In this document: piece after piece, positions 48,277 through 56,968 of the stretch | Numbering within the stretch: the stretch's first letter is position 1 | How the letters are laid out: each line of letters starts with the position of its first letter | IMG/VR virus record: IMGVR_UViG_3300031420_000003 | Location: 32,001 to 96,000 of that record | Origin: a virus | Length of the DNA stretch: 64,000 nucleotides | Direction: 5' to 3' (one strand) | Translations under genes and position numbers: made by a program | The notes under the pieces: generated by a model | Database searches by the model: none | The model's input: the letters and a program-made list of their open reading frames with translations, nothing else | What the model was told of the DNA's origin: nothing

Positions 48277-48642
48277 TTAACGCTTAACAGTCAACCGACC
48301 GATAAGCTCTGACTCATTGAAGAAGTCCACCGCGTACACCCCGCCTTGACGCAGTGGGATGATGTGCGCTGCTGTCACACCATCGTCACACGAGATATCT
48401 CGCAGGCGCTGGAAGTAGTGGGTACGGGTATTCGCAAGCACCAAACCCGTACAACGGTTGGTGACGGTGGCCAGACGGTAAACCGTCCATTCACTCTTGC
48501 TGGCGAGTTCAACAACAACTTCATCCGGGTCAACCGGCATGGAGTCCTCGGTAGGCTTAAACACCGCCGGTAACACACCCGGGGCGGACACTGCTGTGGT
48601 AGCGGCGACCAAAAGGAACGCCAAGAGAACTGCTTTGCGCAT
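48277..48642 (-). CDS. Secreted protein, divergent member of array C
   Basis: MRKAVLLAFLLVAATTAVSA; LVLANTRT...C, similar to 46976-47383. Confidence 0.65.
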   Translation of the reverse strand: MRKAVLLAFLLVAATTAVSAPGVLPAVFKPTEDSMPVDPDEVVVELASKSEWTVYRLATVTNRCTGLVLANTRTHYFQRLRDISCDDGVTAAHIIPLRQGGVYAVDFFNESELIGRLTVKR

Positions 48643-48684
48643 TACGGTATTTCCCAAAAGAGGGGACATCTGTCCCCGATAAAG

Positions 48685-48930
48685 TTAGTGTGCGTGCACG
48701 CGGCTATCCACGACATTCACACGGTGGTAGGCATTGCTGGTTCCTAGGTCAACCGCATAGAGGCTGAAATCCGACATGTTCGGAACACTGAGTCCGTTGG
48801 CCTGTAGAAGCGCCACTTTCCCGCTGGCTGTGATCAACACCTCAGTCACATCCCCTAGGTTTTTGCTACAAGAAATCACCCGACAACGTTTGGTGACTTC
48901 GTGATTCTTATCGGTATAAACCAGTTCCAT
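48685..48930 (-). CDS. Hypothetical protein
   Basis: AAGGAG RBS. Confidence 0.65.
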   Translation of the reverse strand: MELVYTDKNHEVTKRCRVISCSKNLGDVTEVLITASGKVALLQANGLSVPNMSDFSLYAVDLGTSNAYHRVNVVDSRVHAH

Positions 48931-48982
48931 TGATTACTCCTTGCCATGAAAAAGGGCAGCCCGAAGACTGCCCGTGTCGATA

Positions 48983-50518
48983 TTAAAACTCGCGTGGGAT
49001 AAAGAAGGTCGGTGCGTCCGGATGCCAATCCAGACCGGCTTTAATCTGCCCGTCTAAATCGGCGTAGGTGAACAGCACGGTTTCGGTCCGACCCGTTGAC
49101 CAGTCGGTGAAGATGACTTCAATAGCGAACGACGTTGGGGTCACTTCCATGCCAAAGTCATGACTCTCCAGCATCATCAGCTCTCTGCCACGGCTGCCAA
49201 GCCACTGGGCAAAGTCGGCAATGATGGCACTGACCATACGGAACGGGGCTTGAAAGCCTAACTGCGCATTGCCGTGGTTCTCAATCACTGAACCCCACAG
49301 TGTCGCGATGTTCGCTTTCAGACGCGGCACAAAGACCGAACCTTTGCCGAACTGACCACCGAGCTTCTCAACCATGTCTGTCACATGGTCTTCCAACCGG
49401 TTGCGATCGTTACGCGGTACTGGAGCCGGTGTTGCCACCTCGCGCAGCGACGCCTCCACCCAGAGCGGCAGGTGTGGGTTATTGGTGTTCACGTCAAATG
49501 AAGCCGACGCGCGCATCATACCGACAATAGGACTGGACCATGCTTTGGTGATCCCTTTCTCATCGGTAACCCGAACCATGATGTGGGTTGCGATGTGAAT
49601 CGGATCGCGAACGTGCTTCATGAACTTCGCGCGTAGTTCTGGCTCATTTCCAATCTTACGCTCAATGAGGTTAATGACCGCATCCGTTTCAGCAATCAAC
49701 CCCAGCTCACTGTCGCCAATCAGTTCCAGAACCGGCTTAGTCAGATTGTCCGTGGCCGTTGCCCACAACACTTGATAGGTGAACGGAAAGGCTTCACGGT
49801 AATAATCCCGCAGGTGTCTCAGGTAGGTCTTGGTTGCAATGAAGAGGCTTTCCGGTGCGCGCTGTATCCCACCTAAGCCCCGCAGCTCAAGCGGCGGTGT
49901 CAACTTGTCCAAGATGCTGTCCACGGTTAGGCGTTCGGCCGTTTGCTTATTTTCATCTTCTTTCGAGAATAAATAAGGCACATACCCTGATAAATCCCAA
50001 GACCCCAAGAGCGTCACATTCTTTCCAGAGTCAACGGCATAAAGAACCAGGTCGCGGCCTGTCCCGATAAAACCGAATACATGGGCGCTGAGTTCAATTG
50101 CAAGCCGGTCGGTGACATGCTCCACGTATTGTGGCACAGAAAATGCGGCCGCTTTACCCGCGTGTAAAATAGTTCCGACGCGGCCTTGAAAGGCGACTAT
50201 GCTCAATGAACCGCCTTGCCACGAATTATTCGCGTTACAGAGAACGGACTCCGCAGGTAACAACACTGTAATCGGATTACCTGCTGCAATGACTTCGAAC
50301 GCCCACAGGCGGTCCACACCACTGCTGGGTAACTCCGTGCGCATCACGACATTATTGGTGCTGTAGTGCTCACGGCACATGGCGGTGACTTTCTCTTCGA
50401 TAACGCGACACAGTTCAAGAAGTCTCAGCTCTTTACCGCGACACGAGGTCAGCGCCTGACGAACAAATTCACCGACGATTTCACTATCTTGGTTGCGAGC
50501 GTTATTTTGGTTTACCAT
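48983..50518 (-). CDS. Large hypothetical early protein
   Basis: Start moved to MVNQNN because the longer ORF begins inside the promoter motif. Confidence 0.7.
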   Translation of the reverse strand: MVNQNNARNQDSEIVGEFVRQALTSCRGKELRLLELCRVIEEKVTAMCREHYSTNNVVMRTELPSSGVDRLWAFEVIAAGNPITVLLPAESVLCNANNSWQGGSLSIVAFQGRVGTILHAGKAAAFSVPQYVEHVTDRLAIELSAHVFGFIGTGRDLVLYAVDSGKNVTLLGSWDLSGYVPYLFSKEDENKQTAERLTVDSILDKLTPPLELRGLGGIQRAPESLFIATKTYLRHLRDYYREAFPFTYQVLWATATDNLTKPVLELIGDSELGLIAETDAVINLIERKIGNEPELRAKFMKHVRDPIHIATHIMVRVTDEKGITKAWSSPIVGMMRASASFDVNTNNPHLPLWVEASLREVATPAPVPRNDRNRLEDHVTDMVEKLGGQFGKGSVFVPRLKANIATLWGSVIENHGNAQLGFQAPFRMVSAIIADFAQWLGSRGRELMMLESHDFGMEVTPTSFAIEVIFTDWSTGRTETVLFTYADLDGQIKAGLDWHPDAPTFFIPREF

Positions 50519-50640
50519 TTTACATTTACCTTCAAGTGTCGGATTCGAAGCAGGCACACGGAACCAGAGGCCATGTGTTAAGTCCTGTCGATAGCGACGA
50601 GTTAAGTTAGGATGAAAGGAGTAATGCACAACTCCACGAG

Positions 50641-50654
50641 AATAATATCTATCT
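50641..50654 (-). promoter_or_regulatory. Early-type promoter AGATAGATATTATT
   Basis: Consensus copy. Confidence 0.65.
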
Positions 50655-50701
50655 GAAATCATTTCCGTTCAAACATACCCCAAAAGAAAAAAATGTGACG
50701 T

Positions 50702-50738
50702 AAAAAATAAAAGCAGGTTACACCCGAAGGTGTAACCT
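50702..50738 (-). terminator. Intrinsic terminator (UUCG loop)
   Basis: AGGTTACACC-TTCG-GGTGTAACCT plus a T-tract. Confidence 0.8.
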
Positions 50739-50744
50739 TGACTC

Positions 50745-51281
50745 TTACACCGTGTGGGTGCGTTTGACTTTCAGCTGCTCTGCATTAAAGACAAAGTATT
50801 GCGGGATGCCATCGGCGTTCAGCACGCTGGCACCGTCGTAGCCTTCTTTAATCAGGCGCTCAACAATGGTCTTGTTCGCGAACACGGTACCGGGCAGCAT
50901 GTCCACATCCGGCAGGACCGGCACGGTATCTTTCAGCAGACTGCGCAGGGTCACACCCGGGTTCAGCTCACGCACTTTTTTGTAGTGCGGGGTTTTCTGC
51001 ACTTCGTGTTCGTTACGGATGGCGAAGGAGATGGCAAAATCACGCCCCATCAAATCTTCGATAGCCTGCAACTTCACGTACGTGCCTTTGCGATCGTTGA
51101 CGAAGAAACGGTTGATGTTCACTTCGGTTTCGAACAGGGTGTACGGCTCACTTGACTCACCCCGGGTACGCTCGATTGCCGCCTTCAGGGCATTGGAGTC
51201 GCGAACCAGTGTGTAGCTTGGCGTGAGTTCCGGCAGGGAATCAGCTTTACCGGGAACTGCCAGAAATGCGGTGACCTTCAT
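50745..51281 (-). CDS. Hypothetical protein, possibly a degenerate ADP-ribosyltransferase-like fold
   Basis: C-terminus LIKEGYDGASV...QYFVFNAEQLK. Confidence 0.45.
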   Translation of the reverse strand: MKVTAFLAVPGKADSLPELTPSYTLVRDSNALKAAIERTRGESSEPYTLFETEVNINRFFVNDRKGTYVKLQAIEDLMGRDFAISFAIRNEHEVQKTPHYKKVRELNPGVTLRSLLKDTVPVLPDVDMLPGTVFANKTIVERLIKEGYDGASVLNADGIPQYFVFNAEQLKVKRTHTV

Positions 51282-51298
51282 TGGTGTGCCTCTTATCT

Positions 51299-51850
51299 TT
51301 AGTTAATCGCGTACTGATGCCGTACGGGCTCATAAGACAGCGCAGACAGGTGCGGACGGCTCTGCTCGACCTGTTCCGGTGTCCAACCCATGATTTGGAT
51401 TTGGTAGTCGTACGGTTGGTTACTGTTGCGAATGTGACGCAGACGCTTACGCAGGTTGTCTTGGTCTTTGACCTCAAACTGCTCGAGTGTGCGACCCATT
51501 GTTGCGCGGGTGCTGCGACAAATCACAGACAGGGGTTCTAAGCCACTGACGTTTAACCACGTCGGGACATCCACCACCACAAAGCCGAGTTTGTTATCGT
51601 TGCCGTATTTGGCAAAGGTGGCGTGTGGGATAACCGGGGCGAAGTTCGCCACACAACTTAAAAAGGTGACCATCGGATTGGGGTGGATTTCCGCGAAGAT
51701 GGAAACAATGGTCTCTTCTTCGACCGCGACGGCCAAGCGGCCCCCGCTTTTCAGAATCTGGTCTTCGATGCTGGAAAAGTCTAACTGCTCTAATTGCTCT
51801 GGAAAGTCTGCTTTGAATTCTTCTACTTTTTTATAGCGACGTAACAGCAT
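51299..51850 (-). CDS. Hypothetical protein
   Basis: AAGGAG RBS. Confidence 0.75.
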   Translation of the reverse strand: MLLRRYKKVEEFKADFPEQLEQLDFSSIEDQILKSGGRLAVAVEEETIVSIFAEIHPNPMVTFLSCVANFAPVIPHATFAKYGNDNKLGFVVVDVPTWLNVSGLEPLSVICRSTRATMGRTLEQFEVKDQDNLRKRLRHIRNSNQPYDYQIQIMGWTPEQVEQSRPHLSALSYEPVRHQYAIN

Positions 51851-51905
51851 GATTACTCCTTAGAGGTAAGAAAAAAAGAGGGCCGAGACCCTCTTGTACT
51901 GAATG

Positions 51906-52571
51906 TTACTGCCCTTTCTTAATAACCAGCGCAACTGTTAATAATAACTGTTGGCCTAACACCTGATACGCTGACCAGCCGTTCTCCACGCAATACTGCC
52001 CCATCATGTCAAGGCGCATCGCTGGCGGAAACTCCGGGTGCCCGTTCAGCCGCGTCCGGTTTGAAGCAATCAGCCACGCCGGGTCGTTGATGGTACGGTC
52101 ATTCGGGTCAGGACAATCCATGATGTCCCAGTGGTTTCGGTTCTGGAAGTTGATGAAGCACTCAAAGTCACGCCCCAGCGGCAAACCCACTGTGGTCAAC
52201 TGAGTAATGTTCACCATCGCACCAAACGACACGATGTCATTCACCTTGACTTTGCAATACGCTGCCGAGACCGTCACCTTGGAATTCTCGTTCAGCAGCT
52301 TGTTGAGCTTCTCTTCCAACTGACTAGCAACGAAACGTTGAGCTTCGGCCAATTCTTCGTACTGGTGGAGAATCTCGACATTGTTGCGCGACAACAGTTT
52401 GCCGTACATCAGCGTCTTCAACCAGTCTGGGAGCAGCACCTGCAAACAGCGTGAGGCTTTGTCCCAGTTCGTCCCCATGGCCGGGAAGAACTCCATGGCG
52501 TCGTATTTCCCACCGTACGGGCCGTGAACGATTTGTGAAGTAACATCTGCGTTTGCGTCATTTCGAAACAT
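51906..52571 (-). CDS. Hypothetical early protein
   Basis: AAGGA RBS before MFRND. Confidence 0.7.
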   Translation of the reverse strand: MFRNDANADVTSQIVHGPYGGKYDAMEFFPAMGTNWDKASRCLQVLLPDWLKTLMYGKLLSRNNVEILHQYEELAEAQRFVASQLEEKLNKLLNENSKVTVSAAYCKVKVNDIVSFGAMVNITQLTTVGLPLGRDFECFINFQNRNHWDIMDCPDPNDRTINDPAWLIASNRTRLNGHPEFPPAMRLDMMGQYCVENGWSAYQVLGQQLLLTVALVIKKGQ

Positions 52572-52645
52572 GATAATATCCTTTATTGGCAACTAACCTC
52601 CAACCCAACTCAGTGTGAGGGGTTTAGGAAACGTTAGTGCACAAA

Positions 52646-52659
52646 GATGATATCTATCT
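52646..52659 (-). promoter_or_regulatory. Early-type promoter AGATAGATATCATC
   Basis: Near-consensus copy. Confidence 0.6.
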
Positions 52660-52662
52660 GTT

Positions 52663-53079
52663 TTATTTTAGGGGCCGACGTAACGACACCACCGCCTGAA
52701 TCCGCAGCGGGTGTTTCTCTGGGTGGTCTATCGGTTGTTGAATCACCGCCAGCTCCACCCGAACGGCGTGCTTAAACTGCGGGTGGTCAGCCAAGCGTAC
52801 CGAGGCCAGTCCCCGACAGCGCATCCCGTAGTGCAGTATCCCAACGCGGGCCATCTCCTCTTGCAACAACCCCAATAAGCGGTCACTGACCGTTATCAGG
52901 GGAGCCTGCGTCTCCCACATCATCATGTGGGTGTAGGGGTAAACCAACTTCCCCTGAATGTAAGTTTCGATGTTCCCCACCACCCACTCCGGGAGAATCC
53001 CCGGCAGCACATCTCTGACAAACCCCTCGAGCATCTCTATCGGGTCGTCGTGTCGAATCCCGGTTAATACCGCTTCCAC
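52663..53079 (-). CDS. Hypothetical protein
   Basis: GAGGAG RBS, GTG start. Confidence 0.7.
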   Translation of the reverse strand: MEAVLTGIRHDDPIEMLEGFVRDVLPGILPEWVVGNIETYIQGKLVYPYTHMMMWETQAPLITVSDRLLGLLQEEMARVGILHYGMRCRGLASVRLADHPQFKHAVRVELAVIQQPIDHPEKHPLRIQAVVSLRRPLK

Positions 53080-53261
53080 TGTTGCTCTCCTCGCTTAAAC
53101 CCAAACCCAAGATAAAGGAAGTCGTCTTCGTGCCTCAGACTCCGCTTCCTGTCAAAGGGTATCACATAGTCCCCCTACCCCCGTGTGTTCTCTTTCAGAC
53201 ACAATAGATCGCCGATATGTAAAAACTGAGGTACCTGTTTGTATGATAACAGGAGACCGAC

Positions 53262-54188
53262 ATGATCAACTCACAGGTGAAGTTTTACTCGATCGGTATT
53301 GTGGCGAAAGACAAGCCACAGGGTACCGATTATATCGACGCTATCGCCATTGAGGTGAACTTTGTCGATCCGACCACCGTCGACGCCCAAACGTCGGAGG
53401 ATGAATTTACTCATATCAGTAACGGGTCACAGGATAACCTGAAAATCAAACAGGGTAACTCCATACGGGCCCGTTGGTGGAAATGGAACACCAACCGTGT
53501 GTCCTCGCCGGATGTCTGTAAAGAAGACTCGGTGATGATATTCCAGTTGGGCGATACCGACATGTATTTCTGGATGGACTTTAACATCTCGAACGTGAAG
53601 AAACTTGAGAACGTCATTTACGCGTGGGCAGCAGACCCCGAGAACCAAATGGCGGATGACTTCTCGAATGCGTACCTGTTAAACGTCTCCCCCAAAGAGG
53701 GACACATTACCTTGCGTACGTGTATGGTCAATGGCGAGAAAGCCGCGTTCATGCACCAATTTAATACACGCGACGGTACATGGATATGTCAAGACCACAA
53801 GGGAAACAAGTATTGGATTAATTCCGTGGAGGACGATGTGGGGTTTGAGAACGCCATGCTCTCCAAAGTGAATGCCAATAAAGAGAACATTTTCATGTAC
53901 TCAAAGAGCGGCATCTATCTTGAAACCAAGCTCATCAGTGAGAAGTGCGAGAAACGTATTAGTAATGCCTCCGCCTCCATGCAGTGGACAACCAAAGACT
54001 GGCTCACCACTTCTGCCAAGTCGATGTTCAAAGGCCCACTCGAAGTCAGCGAAGACTTCAAGTACGGCGGCAAGGGTACCGGCATCGGGACGTTCACCGT
54101 CAGCGAAGCCATCATTGCCAATATCACGTTCTCGAAACACGTCCACAAAGAGCAGGGCGATGGTAATGATGTCTCAACGCCACATTAA
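53262..54188 (+). CDS. Baseplate central spike (P2 gpV / phiKZ gp164-like)
   Basis: AGGAG RBS with TATG upstream; beta-strand-rich body and C-terminal ITFSKHVHKE (HxH apex metal site). Confidence 0.8.
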   Translation: MINSQVKFYSIGIVAKDKPQGTDYIDAIAIEVNFVDPTTVDAQTSEDEFTHISNGSQDNLKIKQGNSIRARWWKWNTNRVSSPDVCKEDSVMIFQLGDTDMYFWMDFNISNVKKLENVIYAWAADPENQMADDFSNAYLLNVSPKEGHITLRTCMVNGEKAAFMHQFNTRDGTWICQDHKGNKYWINSVEDDVGFENAMLSKVNANKENIFMYSKSGIYLETKLISEKCEKRISNASASMQWTTKDWLTTSAKSMFKGPLEVSEDFKYGGKGTGIGTFTVSEAIIANITFSKHVHKEQGDGNDVSTPH

Positions 54189-54205
54189 CCTCTGGAGAAC
54201 AGCTC

Positions 54206-54364
54206 ATGGACGCCAAGGCGCTACATAAGGCCCGTGTCGATAAGTTGTGTAAGCAACTGCCACACCGAACCCGTCGGGGTATTGAAATCGCACTGAAGAA
54301 CCCAACACGTTACTGGCAACTGATGCGGCAGATTCGTGCGTGTGAAATGCCGATGGTGCAATAG
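54206..54364 (+). CDS. 52-aa basic protein (not in ORF track)
   Basis: GGAG RBS; MDAKALHKARVDKLCKQLPHRTRRGIEIALKNP... Confidence 0.6.
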   Translation: MDAKALHKARVDKLCKQLPHRTRRGIEIALKNPTRYWQLMRQIRACEMPMVQ

Positions 54365-54592
54365 ACTACAAAAAAACAGATGGCTTCTGTATTGTGACGA
54401 TACTGTCGATGGCTACACTTGTAGCACTACACACAACCCGTCGCTTGCAAAGCCACTTTTTTCAGCAAAAAAAGATTGCAGGCGTTCCTACTTCTTCGGG
54501 GGTAGGAACTCTCTTTTTTTACGAGGTCTTAGTATTTGTATGTAGGATATGTTAGCTACCCCACTGTAGTTCAACCGATAATGGAGAGTAAA

Positions 54593-54814
54593 ATGAAAGA
54601 GTTTCAATCATCTGATACCATTCCTGCGGACTTCGAAGAAATTGGCCATGTGTCTGTTTCAGGCTTAAGCACGCTGGATGAAGTAACTGAAGCCCTGTCA
54701 AAAAAGGCTGAAGAAGAAGGTGCTGATGCTTTCAAAGTCATCTCTGCTGGCGGCAACAACAAGCAGCACGGTTCTGCCATCATCTACAAACACTCAGGCG
54801 CTGTGTCTGAGTAA
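54593..54814 (+). CDS. DUF1471 (YdgH/BhsA/McbA) domain protein without signal peptide
   Basis: IGHVSVSG.STLDE....LSKKAEEEGADAFKVISAGGNNKQHGSAIIYK; GGAG RBS. Confidence 0.85.
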   Translation: MKEFQSSDTIPADFEEIGHVSVSGLSTLDEVTEALSKKAEEEGADAFKVISAGGNNKQHGSAIIYKHSGAVSE

Positions 54815-54878
54815 AACTTAACCCCGCTCGTCTTGGGCGGGGAAAGTTGTTTTTCAACTAAACGTTCTGGAGGACGAA

Positions 54879-55442
54879 ATGGAAGTATTCAAATCACCTA
54901 GCGACGTTAATCTGGACGAGTGGAAAGAGTATCATCGTGTTCAGGCCGCAGCGGACAGCCCAGACGGCGTTGAAAACCTGCTTGCTAAGCAAGCGGAAGA
55001 CAACGGTGCTGAAGGTTACGCGATTGTCGGTTATACCGGCAAAGACCGTATCGCTGGCGAAGCCATCCTGTATCGTCGTGACCGTACCAAAAAGTACGAA
55101 CACGCGACAAAGGAAGACGCAGCCGCAGCTATCGCTTTACGGCGAGAAGAAGTGGCGGGTATGGAAAACGTTAACCGTGGTGAAGCGTTAGTTGAACGTG
55201 ATACCGCGCAGACCGTGTTCCCGGGCAATGACAACATTGACCCAAATGCCAAGTCGGACATCGCTCGTGCTAACCAAGCGTCAACGGGTGCCGATCCAAC
55301 TGCGGGTAAAACCGAGCATCATGCTGTAGAGCCTGATCCGGTTGCGCAGAACACCGACGTTGAAAAAGGTGACGCTCCACAGCAGAATACCGGTGCCGCT
55401 CCTGAGAGCACACTGGATTCCGAGCAGGACACCAAAAAGTAA
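54879..55442 (+). CDS. DUF1471-like domain plus disordered acidic tail, no signal peptide
   Basis: SPDGVENLLAKQAEDNGAEGYAIV...AGEAILYR; GGAGG RBS. Confidence 0.7.
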   Translation: MEVFKSPSDVNLDEWKEYHRVQAAADSPDGVENLLAKQAEDNGAEGYAIVGYTGKDRIAGEAILYRRDRTKKYEHATKEDAAAAIALRREEVAGMENVNRGEALVERDTAQTVFPGNDNIDPNAKSDIARANQASTGADPTAGKTEHHAVEPDPVAQNTDVEKGDAPQQNTGAAPESTLDSEQDTKK

Positions 55443-55481
55443 AAAGGTCCCCACTCTTCGGAGTGGGGTACTCTTTCTTTT
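55441..55481 (+). terminator. Intrinsic terminator
   Basis: CCCCACTC-TTCG-GAGTGGGG plus a T-rich tail. Confidence 0.8.
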
Positions 55482-55609
55482 ATTCACCTCAAAAATAACG
55501 TACCGGTGAGTGAATATGTGGGGATATGTGTTGCATTGGATGACGCCAATTAGACCTACCCCCTATAACACGCGTTCAGTATACGAGTATCGACTTTGTC
55601 CTTTGGACA

Positions 55610-55646
55610 GCTCCACCCTCCGAGGGGTGGAGCGCTTTTTCTTTTA
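55610..55646 (+). terminator. Intrinsic terminator (T-tract on +)
   Basis: GCTCCACCCT-CCGA-GGGGTGGAGC then GCTTTTTCTTTT. Confidence 0.7.
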
Positions 55647-56900
55647 TTTGCGTGCCTTGAGTCTGCGCATCCAGACTTGGGTATCGCGCCACGCCCGACC
55701 GGTTGCTATCGGTTGTGCATCGTTCACCACCGACTGCTGTTTCCAGCGCGCATGGGTGGCCACCAAGTTCGGACGGTCAAGCTCTTGAGTGTGGAATGTC
55801 CACTCACCTTCTTCCCACGTCGGCCAGTAGTTCACACATTTCCCAAAGTCGTTGACAAGCATCCCCAGCGGGAGTTTACCGTCAATGTCATTTGGGTCGC
55901 GGTGATGGAACCGACCGTAGGAGCTGGCTAAGTTCACTGGCACTTCATCCACTTCCAACCACGGGGTGTCAATCACCACCATAAACGACGACTCATGTTT
56001 AAGCAGTGCTTGTAACGTGGCCGAACTCAGGATACGGTACGTGGAACTCGGTACCGACAAGTCTTCCACCCCGATGTCATCCCAGTGGTAATACTCCCGG
56101 GTTTCATGAATCAGTTTGAGCAGACTTAAGTTTGGCAGTGACAGCATGACGGCACGTTGACTGAAATACATCGACGCCGGTAACCAGTGTAAAATCCCCC
56201 CGATAACATACGCCACCGTTTTACCCGTTAGGTCTTCTGGCAGCGACACCATCAGTCGGCTGTAGTAGTCACGGGTCTCATCCAATCGCGTGACCGTTAA
56301 GCCACTCAGTGGATAGGTACGCAACTCCCCCACACCGTTTAACACCAAGCATCCCATGCCCGGTTCGTGAGACTTCTGAACAATCCGCCCCGCCCCATTT
56401 AACCGTACCCCCACCGAATCGTTCTGGTGGGAGACCCATTGGCCATCAACATTAAACAGCACGTTGTGACGGTACTGGTCTTTGTACTCATCCGGCAACT
56501 CCAAGACCACATCTGTTGCATCTTCTAAGGCAAAGTCCTGCGAGAAGTGATAACCCGGCGGACACAGATGCGGTTTTGGTTGGAAGTCACAGAACAGGGA
56601 CTGGTAGTGCGCAAAGTTATACTCAAGAACCGGATAGCCTTCTTTGAGTGTCGGAATCGCAACGCCGGCTTGTTCGTTCAGCCAACCTTGCAGGGTGTCA
56701 ATTCGGTTTTGTAACGCAGCCAGATGGTACTGACTGAAAAACGTGTATTGGCGATCTAATGACTCCAGACCCACTTCGAAGGTTTGGTAGTCGCTCACCA
56801 GTTGATTGAGCGGGCGTGAAACGTCGACGGCTTCCCATCTGCGGGTAGAACGATTAAAGCCGTACGCACGGTCAGCCTGCACTTGATATACAGCGGCCAC
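55644..56900 (-). CDS. Virion structural protein (phiKZ-like)
   Basis: 418 aa, divergent from the tail-fibre genes as recalled for related jumbo phages. Confidence 0.6.
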   Translation of the reverse strand: MAAVYQVQADRAYGFNRSTRRWEAVDVSRPLNQLVSDYQTFEVGLESLDRQYTFFSQYHLAALQNRIDTLQGWLNEQAGVAIPTLKEGYPVLEYNFAHYQSLFCDFQPKPHLCPPGYHFSQDFALEDATDVVLELPDEYKDQYRHNVLFNVDGQWVSHQNDSVGVRLNGAGRIVQKSHEPGMGCLVLNGVGELRTYPLSGLTVTRLDETRDYYSRLMVSLPEDLTGKTVAYVIGGILHWLPASMYFSQRAVMLSLPNLSLLKLIHETREYYHWDDIGVEDLSVPSSTYRILSSATLQALLKHESSFMVVIDTPWLEVDEVPVNLASSYGRFHHRDPNDIDGKLPLGMLVNDFGKCVNYWPTWEEGEWTFHTQELDRPNLVATHARWKQQSVVNDAQPIATGRAWRDTQVWMRRLKARK

Positions 56901-56968
56901 AGGCGAATTCCTCTAAGGGTAAAGGTCATAGTATGAACTCGACGACCTTGTGATAAGAGGAGTGTATA

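Noticed and set aside
50519-50662. N-terminal extensions in the ORF track (also 13312-13392, 31615-31704, 48208-48270, 54536-54592)
   Set aside because: They run through promoter or terminator elements, and downstream ATGs have better RBSs
51299-51850. GNAT-like hairpin (RLAVAVEEETIVSIF)
   Set aside because: No acetyl-CoA motif A, so the evidence is too weak to call
54564-54576. 13-nt identity CTGTAGTTCAACC with the minus strand at 46514-46526
   Set aside because: Many 13-mer matches are expected by chance in 64 kb, and both copies are in transcript sense, so they cannot pair
55510-55788. 92-aa plus-strand ORF
   Set aside because: No RBS; it reads through a terminator and overlaps the minus-strand virion gene
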